A stretch of DNA of 64,000 nucleotides, from contig OZ025698.1 in the NCBI GenBank assembly GCA_964019335.1, forward strand, positions 248,001 through 312,000, written 5' to 3'. The position numbers and the translations under genes are program-made. The notes beneath the pieces are model-generated. The model saw nothing but the letters and a program-made list of their open reading frames with translations, had not been told where the DNA came from and made no database searches. Within the stretch, counting starts at the first letter, position 1, and each line of letters begins with the position of its first letter. Of the stretch, positions 1-10,500 are shown piece by piece. The stretch comes from Diplonema japonicum. Taxonomy: Eukaryota > Protista > Euglenozoa: Diplonemea.

Positions 1-116
1 ATTTTGACTGGAAGAACATACAAATAAAAAAAAGAACAATAGAAAAAAGAAGAGAAAAAAAGCGATTCCCACCACCACAGGAGATGATACGGGGGGGTGT
101 GGTGAACGGGGTGCGC

Positions 117-854
117 ATGTATGACACCCACTGCCACCTGCCGATGGATGTGTACGATGAAGGGGTCCTGGACGGGGGGCGGAAGGTGTTGTGTGGCATC
201 CACGAGACTGACTGGGAGAGGATGCGATGTGTGGAGGAGAAGAGCGGTGGAGATGTGCGTGTTGGGTACGGGCTGCACCCATGGTGGGCTGGCGAACGGA
301 GCGAAGGCTGGCTTGCGGTGCTTGAAGCGTATCTTCAGAAAAGCCCTTCATGCATCGTGGGCGAGATCGGCCTCGACAAGCTAAAAGGACCTAAGATGGA
401 CGAGCAAGTCCAACTCTTCACGCAGCAGCTTGCCCTTGCTGTCAAATACAACAGGCCCTGTTCCATACACTGTGTCAAGGCATTCGGGGCAATCGAAGCC
501 GTTTTTTCATCCAAAACGCACCCCCTCCCCAATACACTGATCCTACACTCATGGGCAGGCTCCCCTGACACTACCAACCTTCTCCTTCGCAAGCTGAAGA
601 AGGCGTCCCCCACGTCGACTCTTTACTTCGGCTTCTCTCATCTCAACATGCGGAGCGGCGACAAGTTTGCCGCCCTAGTAAAGGCTGTCCCACGCGAGAG
701 GATCCTCATCGAGTCCGACTCGCACGACTACAAGAAGAGCTGGGAGCTGGTGTGGGAGGTTGTGCGCACTGTGGCCGAGGTACTGCAGGAGGAGCCTGAG
801 GAAGTCCTGAGAGTGACAAATGAGAATGCCGAGCGAGCTTATGGCAACATGTAG
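117..854 (+). CDS. TatD-family metal-dependent DNase
   Basis: Motifs DTHCH, GLHPW, VGEIGLD, SIHCV, ILHSW and ILIESD. ORF opens at 84; Met at 117 directly precedes DxHxH. Confidence 0.93.
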   Translation: MYDTHCHLPMDVYDEGVLDGGRKVLCGIHETDWERMRCVEEKSGGDVRVGYGLHPWWAGERSEGWLAVLEAYLQKSPSCIVGEIGLDKLKGPKMDEQVQLFTQQLALAVKYNRPCSIHCVKAFGAIEAVFSSKTHPLPNTLILHSWAGSPDTTNLLLRKLKKASPTSTLYFGFSHLNMRSGDKFAALVKAVPRERILIESDSHDYKKSWELVWEVVRTVAEVLQEEPEEVLRVTNENAERAYGNM

Positions 855-903
855 TTATATTATCCCAGGAGGCCTGTTCTTCACCTCCTACAGGAATGCA
901 CAA

Positions 904-1483
904 ATGTCTACTGCAAGAGGGTTCATAGCACACTCCCTGGACGGGAAGCACTCTGTGTTTTACCACAGCACTTTCACAACGACGTGGGAGCGGGATGAGG
1001 ATTGTTACACATCGCAGGACAAACTAAGGCTGGTGGGGTCGGTGGTACAGGTGGTCACGGAAGATGCGTTCCAGAAGCATAGATTCAAGGACCAGGCCAG
1101 CGAAGGGGTTGTTCTGCTTGCCACAGAAGACAATGAGGGACCCGAGGAAGAGTCAGACGAGCAACTGTATGCTGTCTGGAAGCAGCTCAAGGGGACTGCT
1201 TTCACTCTTATAGTGCCCGAATCGGCGAACCTCACCATTGCTGCCTTCGCACTTACTAATATCATGAAACTCCTGCAGACGTTCTACGGCCACAAGGGCG
1301 TCGAGTTCGAGGCACGCGACCTCCTCTTACGACCGGAGATATGCTCGACAGTTGTCCCTCGGGTATGGTTAGTGGTTGCACTCATTCATTCACGCACAGG
1401 TGCTCCCGAACGGTCTCATCACTGTTGTTGACTTCACTTTACTCAAACAGAACATCAAGAGGAGCGTTGACTTGTTGAAGTGA
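904..1483 (+). CDS. AP5S1: AP-5 complex sigma subunit (one 37-nt intron, 1363-1399)
   Basis: MSTARGFIAHSL..VFYHSTF, AVWKQLKGTAFTLIVPESANLTIAAFAL and, after splicing, LLLRPEICSTVVPRVLPNGLITVVD align by eye with AP5S1 (VVWLGVLSLGFALVLDAHENLLLAEGTL; LLLRADRIEGILTRFLPHGQL). Confidence 0.75.
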
Positions 1484-1583
1484 GCTGCTCGCTTTTTTTG
1501 TTCTAAATCTTTCCCGTTTTCGAAGTACCTTTTTACCGTTTCTTTCTCTTTTTGCAACAATTCACGACAGGAAAGTAGAAAAA

Positions 1584-4500
1584 ATGGCGCAGAGTTTCCG
1601 GGCGGGGGATCTCCCGCCTGTGTCCCAGATGTTCGGAGCGCAGGGTGTGGGGGGGATAGTCCCGACAGTGGACATTGAGGAAGTGTATGACAGGCTCGAG
1701 GAGCCGGTAGCGCCAGGGACTAAAATGCTGCATGAGCTGAGGATTCCCCTTGAGGATGAAGGAAAGACGATCATGAAGAACGCGCTGGATGCGTACCCTG
1801 AGACCCCCACACCCGACAGCATTACCATCCCTTGCATTGAGGTTTTGAAGCCCTATGTTCCCGGGAAAGACTACAGACCCACCAACAGCGCAGCCTTCAA
1901 GAGCGTGAAGGAAAAACTTCTGCCCACCATCAAGCATCTCCCCGCGCACCAACAACGCAGCGAAATCATGCAGTCTGTGAAGACAAACCAAATCACCGTC
2001 GTCTCGGGGCCCCTTGGGTCTGGGAAGTCGACGATAGTCCCGCAGCTCATGCTGGACATGACACCTTTCACGAAGAAAAGGATTCTCCATGTGTCCAGCT
2101 CCTCTCTCTCTGTGGTGGCTGTCACGAACAAGATCTCCTCCGACTTAGGTGTCGAGGTGGGCAGTGACATTGTGGGGTACGCGTTGTGCCTGGAGGCGAA
2201 CATTAAAAGATCATCGCAGCTGATGTGCACGACGCCCAGCATGACACTACGCATGCTGCAGACAGACAAGGACATTGCAGACGTGGGGTGCGTCATCATC
2301 GACGAGTGGGAGTCGTGCGATGTTTACAAAGAGCTGCTCTTCTGCCTGCTCAAGGCACTATTGAAGAGAAACGACTCCTTCCGTGTTGTGGTGAACTGCG
2401 ATGACGCCGATGGCAAAGAGGCTGCAGGCGCCCTCTTCCGTTCGTGCCAGGAGACCCACACCGCAGCGCACATCATGTTGGACGCTCCTATCAGCGACCA
2501 CGATGTCCGCCCGTACTACCTCGAGGAGGCCATCTCCTACGTGAGGTCGCCTGTTGAGAACCTAGACGCCATCACCACGCCTGATGCAATCGTCGCCGAA
2601 ACCTCCGCTTTGAAGTCCTCAAGCAACTGGCGCCTCTGCGAGTGGAAAGGCAAGCAGCTGAACATCATCGTCGATCTGCTGATCTCGCACTTTAAGACGC
2701 ACGAAAAATTGGAAGGTAAGGTGGTCATTTTCCTACCGTCGTGGGGCCACATGCAGGTTCTCGCAGACGAGCTCTTCACCCACAATATCATACCAATCGG
2801 CACGCCCGTTGTCCCTGTTCATGAGAACACTCTCCCCGAGATGATCCATGGCAAGACGGTGCTCTCCACCGTCTTTGGGCCTGGTGGTGCCATCCTCTTG
2901 GCAACTTCCGCCATGGTTAATGATCTCCCCCTCACTGACGTGGAGCTTGTCCTCGACTGCTGCCACGCCATGCCCTTCAACTACGACTACAAAGTGGCAA
3001 TGCACTGTGCTGATATCCAGCTCAACTCCAAGCTGGAGCTCTTCAAGAGGATGCAGCTCATCAAGAAGAGCACCGTCAGAAACAAGGCCATTTTCCACCT
3101 GATCCCCCGAGACCAGGCAGAGCACGAGTTGAAGCCGAACCCGGAGTTGCTGGTGCATGGGACCGACCTTCGTGGCCCCGTGCTGCTGGTGAAGGCCATC
3201 TCTGGCAAGCTTGACATTGAAGCCATCTTCAAGAGCACCATCCACAACCCGGAGCCCAAGGCGGTTGAACAGGCTGTAGATAGCTTAAAACACGCTGCTC
3301 TCCTCAACAGAACAGGCACCATCACACCGCTGGGTCTCTTCTGTGCGTACCTGCCTGTCGACTTTACACTTTCGAAGATGCTGTACTACGCGGTGTCCAT
3401 GCGATGCCTGGATCCCATCCTGACCCTTGCCGCCTCTCTCCTTGCCCCACCTATGTTCTCGAGCTCCTCGGAGTCTATCGAACATACGGTACAGAGCAAA
3501 GTCCTCTTCAGTCAGGAATCCGAGTCCGACCTCCTTGCCGGCTTGCATGCGTACCTGACGCTGGAGCAGATTGATGATAAGACCACGAAGGAAGCTGCTT
3601 TCTGCAAACACAACAACCTCAACCTGCGATCGATGCACGCGGTCCGAAGGCTCAGAGGTATCCTGCTGGACCTGCTGCTGGAAGTGAACTTTTTCAGAAG
3701 CGAGAACTGGGAGGAAGCTAATAAGAACATGAAGGCGACGACCATCATCAAATCGTGCGTGGCTGCAGGGTTGTACCCCAACCTCGTCATGCACTCGGGT
3801 GCTGGTGCGAATGTGAAGCTAGCTGCTTCCTTGAAGAAGAACCAAACAGAAAGCGTCGATGCACTCATTTTGCACCCCAACGCTGTGGCAAGGTCCAGGA
3901 AGAACCCGATGTCTATCTTTATGGTGTACAGCAATGCCTTCTACACCACCGATAACGAGGGCAACAAGACGGGTGCCATCTACAACGCGACGAGTATCGA
4001 GCCGCTGTCGATAGTGCTCTTCTCAGGGGCGGGTGCTGGTACCAAAGTCGCCGAGGCCAACGCAGGCACTACAGGGAAGTGCAGGGGTTGGTTCGCACCC
4101 GAGGTCTCGATGGAGTGGGCCAAGAACGGACGGGTGGCATATTTCATGAATGAGGCGCTTAAAACAAGGGACCCGTCTGTCCCACCAAGCAGCAACCTGC
4201 CCGTGCCATTCACGTGTGCAACCTACACCGAGGACAGCAAGCTAGCTGTTGTTCTCGATCAGCGGGTGAGGCTCGTCGCCGATCAAAGCATGGCTGAGCT
4301 TTCTGTCAAGATGCGCAAGGCGATCGCGGCGGTCACATCTCAGAGGGTTGTGTCTCTAAACACACCGCAGATCCACAGCATGTCGCCAGGCTTGTTCCCC
4401 GAACAGCTTATTGACATGTTGAAGCTGCTGCTTCAGAGGTGCGCAAACCCTTCCTCGACGGAGCACAAGCTGCGAGCGAAGTTCTGGGCAAGAAAGGGCC

Positions 4501-4774
4501 CTTACCAAACAAAGCTTGACCCTGTGTTTAAATTCGTTGCCAACCCTCTAGGTATAGGCGCTCCCCCGCCCATGCCAAACATGGGAGCACCGCCACCCAT
4601 TCCGGGTGGACCGCCCCCAGGGATGCCGGGTCAGTACGTGCCCCATGGAGCTGCCCATGGCTTCCCTGGTGCCCCGCAAAACATAGCGCAGCCATCGACT
4701 GCCGAGAAGGCTTTGATCGATCATTTGGCAGGGAAAGTGTTCAATTCAGGTATGTGCTGCACACATTTTGTAAT

Positions 4775-4831
<57 letters not shown>

Positions 4832-5926
4832 CTCGCGCGAGATGGAAGAAAAGCTGAAAGCAAAAGGCGCAGGCAACCCTGCCTTTGAGTTCCTGAACCA
4901 AGCGCACCCCTTCAATGGTATGCAGGCAAACATTGCATGACACTGCACAGCGTACTATGAGAACAAGTTGAGGCAGTTGGCAGAGCATGCCGACAAGGCT
5001 GGCATGGCACCTGTGAACCAGGTGGAGCAGGCAAGAGCGGAAGCGAGGAGAAAGTACTTGCAGGAGCAGGGCATGCTGCAGCAAGGCGGGCAGCAAATCC
5101 CGCAGCAGCAGTTCCAGCAGCCCCTGCACGGGGCCGACATGAACATCGGGTTCGTGCCGAAGAGGGACATGCCCGCGCAAGCGTTCCCCCCTCAGCAGCC
5201 TGACCTCAACTTCGGGAACATCTCCATGCGTCCTGGCATGGAGGGTCCCAAGCCGTCTCTCCCGCAAGCCTCCCTGCAGCACCACGACCTCCCACCATCA
5301 CAGCACCTACAACCTCTCGCCGCGCCCCTTCCCCCAGGCCCTCCGCCCCCGAGCATGCCCCCCAGACCACGCACCATCCGCAGGCCAACCACTCCCAAGA
5401 AGAAGTGCGTCCCTGAGGAAAAACTGCAGCCCAAGACGGATGAGGAGATCGCCAACATGAGTAGCGACGACCTCCTTGCTGCTGAGAAGTATGCTCACCA
5501 CACGTTGCACCACACACCACACCACCACAGGGAGCGCTTGAAATTTGAAATCGAGCAAAACAGCGAGATCTCTGGCATTGGTGACATGGTGACGGCTGTA
5601 GGCCCCCCGCCGCCTATATGTATGATGCTCTCTTCACACAACGCATCACACAACAGTAATGCCTTCGCGGCCGCCTCCTAAGGGCATGGGGCTGATAGGA
5701 CAGCCCGTTGGTCCGGGGCAAGGCGCTCCTGGAATGGACAAGGTGCTTCCCCGCCCCCCTTTTCTTTGCAAAAAAAAAAAAAAAAAAAAAGAAAAAAAAT
5801 ACAAACACGCAGGGTGCGAATCTACCTGCTGTGAAGAAGCCGTCTGTGCTGGTGGGGCCCATCCCCGCGAAGAGCGAAACGAAGGGTTCGAACCTACCGC
5901 TTATCCTTGCCAAGGTATAAATAAAG

Positions 5927-5959
<33 letters not shown>

Positions 5960-6513
5960 AGGCGCTTGGCGAAACGCTCGGGGTGCGAGTCGGGCCCACG
6001 CTGATCGTGGGGCACGAGGCACGCATTGACGTGCCGTCGTACGGGATTGAGGAGAAGGCGCTGAAGAAGGAATTCTTCGTGTGCCTGGGGAAGAAGATAG
6101 GGATCCACAAAAACGACAAGATCCAGGTGCCTGAGAAATCCTTCCTTGCAGCTAGGTTGGACACGTTGAGGAAGAAAGTGAGCGCTGGGTACAACTTGAA
6201 ACGAGCAAGAGAGGACAGTGAAGGGAGGGAAAGGATCAGGGATAGGCCCAAGAGACGAAGGTCTGGATCCCCCAGAGGCCGTGGGGGCAGGAGGGACGAC
6301 CGCAGGGGACGCAGGGGTAGGTCTGGCTCAAACGACCGCTTGGCCATTGAAGAGGGCCGTGGCCGAGGTTCCTCTCCTCAGGCACGTCGTATGAAGCGCG
6401 AACCGACTCCTGAAAAGCCCAAAGCTCCTAAAGCACCGGCTGCGAACTACAAGTGCCCCCGTTGCAAGGCCGTGGGCGAGCACTGGGTGAAAGACTGCAC
6501 GGGTAAGAAATAG
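1584..6513 (+). CDS. Degenerate DEAH/RHA-family RNA helicase-like protein with HA2/OB region, SURP (SWAP) domain, Pro/Gln-rich region, RG/RS-rich tail and C-terminal zinc knuckle; 6 introns
   Basis: LPAHQQRSEIMQSV, GPLGSGKST, IIDEWE, IFLPSW, ITPLG, SESDLLA. GT-AG introns 4750-4830, 4918-4950, 5489-5530, 5620-5656, 5743-5812 and 5915-5961 join the ORFs in frame and rebuild the SURP motif FEFLNQAHPFNAYYENKL. Ends CPRCKAVGEHWVKDC. Confidence 0.85.
4776..4829. repeat. (CA)n microsatellite inside an intron
   Basis: Uninterrupted CA run forming most of intron 4750-4830. Confidence 0.95.
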
Positions 6514-6993
6514 TGTGTTTTTTTTTTTTTTTTTACTCGAGTGAGTGTCGACGGGGAGGGGGAAGATAAAATCATCAAAGTACTAGTTTTTTTTTTTTTT
6601 TTTCATATTTGTAATGGAAGAGAAGCAAGACAGACATGAAACATGGTAAGGTGTTCAAAGAAGTTGTTTAACAAAACCCCTTTCCCCCCCTCGGAACACC
6701 TTGGTCTTTTGAAAGTTTTTGCCAAAAAAAAAAAAGTGAAAAATCCTACGGAGGGTATTTCTGAGCCCGACCGGGAAAAAAAAAAAAAAAAAAAAATGCT
6801 TCAACCCCCGTTCAACAAATATGGAATCTTAAAAAAAAGAAAAATAAAAAGAAGAGCCCTAAAATCTTTTTTTTTAGTGTTATTCTACTACTCATCGTTA
6901 AATCTCTTTTTCTTCTTCTTCTTCTTCTATAGTATCTATGTCCCCACACATTGTCTAGGGTAGAAAGGGCACGGGAGAATAAAAAAAAAGAAA

Positions 6994-7461
6994 ATGGTCA
7001 AAACGATAATGGATAAGCAGATCCCGTTCACACAGTATGGGATGATCGGCTATTTGGAGGCACATGTGGGGGAATATGAATCAGCAAAGGACCTCGAGCA
7101 AGAAGCGAATAAATTCATGGGTGGTTTCAGGGTGTACGAACAGCAGGAGTTCAGGAAGCTCAAGAGATTGAAGAGAAAGCCCGACCAAGACGGGTGGACA
7201 ACCGTAGTTCCCAAAATCAGAGGCGTAAACTCCGCCACAAGCCAAATAAAGCAAGCCACCCAACTGGCTGACTATGAACAACAGCAAGACGACAACAAAA
7301 AGAAGAAGGCCATGAAGAGCACGGACGACTTCTACGCCTTCACACAAAGCAAGAAGAAGATACGCCAGCTCATCAAAATCAAAAAGTCCCTTCTCAAGGC
7401 GCAGACTAGAAAGGGACCGGAAAAATCGATCAACCTCAGAAATTTTGCGGATAGGTGTTGA
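6994..7461 (+). CDS. RRP7: RRP7-like rRNA processing protein (C-terminal domain; 5' exons unresolved)
   Basis: KPDQDGWTTV followed by KKKK..DDFYAF matches the RRP7 C-terminal signature (PDEDGWVTV...NFYxFQ). Confidence 0.7.
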   Translation: MVKTIMDKQIPFTQYGMIGYLEAHVGEYESAKDLEQEANKFMGGFRVYEQQEFRKLKRLKRKPDQDGWTTVVPKIRGVNSATSQIKQATQLADYEQQQDDNKKKKAMKSTDDFYAFTQSKKKIRQLIKIKKSLLKAQTRKGPEKSINLRNFADRC

Positions 7462-7580
7462 AACAAAAAACCCTTTTTTTTCTTTTCTTTTCATATCAGT
7501 ATCAGTACACACAATTTAAACCCCTCCTCCTTATACTTTTTTTTTCCCCTTTAACACAACACAGGTGTGGGTAGGTTTGA

Positions 7581-10500
7581 ATGGAAGATGGTGAAGCGAG
7601 CGAACCCACACAACAAAATGACGAGGGTTCGGAGGATGTGGTGATCGAACGGCGGGTGTTGGGGCTAGCCGCGAGGGCTGCGGCAGTCGAAGCGCTGAAC
7701 TCCCGATTCCATGAGAAGCCCACCACATCTTGCTTCTGCCTATCGGAAGACAACACCCTACGTGCTAAGGCACGGGACATAACTGAACATCCCTACTTCC
7801 AGCGCGGCATCCTCATCCTCATCGTGGTGAACTCTATCACACTCGCACTCGACTCCCCTGATCTCGAGGGCTACGATGACTTGCAAGCATTTCTTTTTTC
7901 CGCTGAGCTCGTCTTCGTGTCCTGCTTCGCCTTGGAGGCCATCCTCAAAATCATTGCTTTAGGCTTCTGGGGGTCTAAGACAGCCTACGCACGCAATGTG
8001 TGGAATTGCCTCGACTTCGTCATTGTGCTTGTGGGCGTCACCAACGTCATTATGCTCATCTTCGAGGATGGCGGCTCTGCGAACATCAGCGGGATACGAT
8101 TGTTACGCATCCTGCGGCCCTTGCGCACGGTCTCGAGGGTGTCGGGCATGCGCTCCATCATCGCTACGCTGGCCTTAAGTCTGCCCATGATCGCTGATGT
8201 GTTCTTGCTGCTCTTGTTCCTCATCCTTGTCTTCGCCATTGCAGGCATCCAGTTGTGGTCCTCAACACTCCACCGCAGGTGCTACATCACTGAGGGGGAG
8301 CTCGATCCTTTTGACACAACACCCTGCAGCACCGCTGCCACAGGCAGGTCCTGCTCCAGCAATGCAACAACATGCCTCTCGGACCCTGAGGTGTACAAGG
8401 TGGAGTACATCAACTTCGACCACATGGGCACCGCACTGCTCTTTGTGTTCAGGATCGTGTCTCTCGACGATTGGCCTGAAGACCTGTGGCTGGTGCAGGA
8501 CACCTACATGCACGCCGTGTGGATCTACTTCTTCATCTTGATCCTCACCTCGTCGTACTTTGCTGTCAACCTCTTCCTTGCTGTGCTGTCGGCGATATTT
8601 ACACTGCACGAATCGGAGCAGTCTCACATCTCGGACACCCGCCTCAGCGCTGTGGTGGACCTGCTTAGGGTCAACGATGAGTTAACGATACGTCCTGAGA
8701 ATGACATCGATCTCTCTCCCAAGCAGCTCGAAGATGAGGGCTCGCTTCCGCCGTCCCCGCGTCGGCAATCGATGGCCCAAGGGGCATTATTTAGGCAGTC
8801 TGCCGCAGACCTCAGAAGACAGTCGATGGCTATTCTCGCTCAGGGTGGTGTGGGCGGTCTTCCCGAACTGCCGCGTGGTGAGAGCGTGAGGTCAGTGCAC
8901 GTCCTGTCGGCTGTGCCGCCGCAGAACACGTACAGCGTCATCATGCGTGACCAAGGGGCTCTGGTGTTGCACGCGCCACGGGGCGTTGGCAGGAGGCAAT
9001 CAATGGCACCAAATGCACTTGGTGCCCCGCCACCCCCGCTACCAACTCTCTCGCAGAAGAGCTTACTGCCGGTTGCCTCTCGTTCAAGTGCACAGAGCAA
9101 AAGTAGCAGTTTGATGGCTATCACGAACAAGGAGCCCGTGACCCCCACGCCCTCCCGCACCAGGGACTACGGTGTTGAAGTCGAGTCTGTGGGCAGCGGC
9201 AGCGAGAGTGACGGGAAGGCCTCCCTGTTGTCCGTCGGGCCTGATGTCTGCACGCCACCGATGCCGCCCAGCGAGAACCCATTGAAGAACAGACGGAGAT
9301 CAGCCGAAGTCATGGGGGCAGAAGCCTGCACCGCGTCGCATGTAGACGTCAACTGGTCGCAGGCCAGCGACGAGCACTCCGGCATCATGGCTCTGCAGGA
9401 GAGTAGCAACAGCACTGACGTTATGGAAATGTCGTCCCCGTTCGCAGAGACGAAGATCCTGATGATACCGCCTTCACCTGTGCGGCTGGCGTCGACCCAA
9501 AAAGACCATTGCAGAAAGAGCTCTGAATTTGCATTTGTAAAGAAATTAAGAAAGAAATGCAACTCGATGCCCGTCTCCCTGACGCCCAGGACACTAGAAG
9601 TAAGTAGGAAGCAACAACAATCACGCCCTGTTACTTCATGTCCTCTTGACAAAGGTGCGTTCAAGAGGTACCCTAGCTCGCAGCCTCCTGTGCCATCACA
9701 GCCTACAGTGCAGGAGCGTAAGATGCCCCAACTGATGTTCTCCAACCCACCTGAGGGCACCACGGCGACGGCTTCACACGACGGGACAGGCGACGGCATC
9801 GACAACATGGTCTCGCCACGAAGTGCGTCCGGTATGAGGCGCAGCGTGACGTGGAGGCGCAGGCGGCGTACAAACAGCTCTGTTGTGGTGGCGGGCTCCC
9901 TCATTCCCCCGCAGTGGGAGGTTGCCGTTGACATGAGCGCATTCAGCGACGTGGACCCTGTGCTCGTGGTGCAGTGCAAGACCACCGAAGACATCACACG
10001 GTGCAGGCGGATATGCATCAAAAAAGGCTACGGTGGGTTTTCTCTAACCGGTGGGTTGGCCTCGTTCAGGGAAGAGACGGGAGAGGAGTGCGGGCTCGGC
10101 TTGACAGAGACGCCAGGTACCAGCTTCCATGTCGTGACGTTATGGGAAGAAAGGAAACACACAGACGCATTCCCTGAGAACTGGGTGCAGGAGATGGAAG
10201 TGGAAGACGACCTGGAGGCCTGTGTGCAAGAGTGCATGCATATGGGGTACGGGGGGTTCAGCGTTGTGGACGGTGTGGCGAGGTTTAAGGAGCAGCGGAG
10301 CGAAGAGTGCAGAGAAGGCTTAGTGCACAGCGCGAACTCTACCTTCTATTTAATTAAGAAAGAGGGCGGGTGGCGGATAAAGGTGCGGGCGCTTGTGATG
10401 CATCCTATGTTCGAGAGGGTGATGCTGATGGTGACCATTCTGAACGTGGTAGCGCTAGGTGCAGACCACCACGGCATTGACTCGACAGGGCTGCTGGTCA

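Noticed and set aside
820-903. Apparent overlap of the second ORF with TatD
   Set aside because: AP5S1 similarity starts at Met 904, which follows a plausible AG acceptor.
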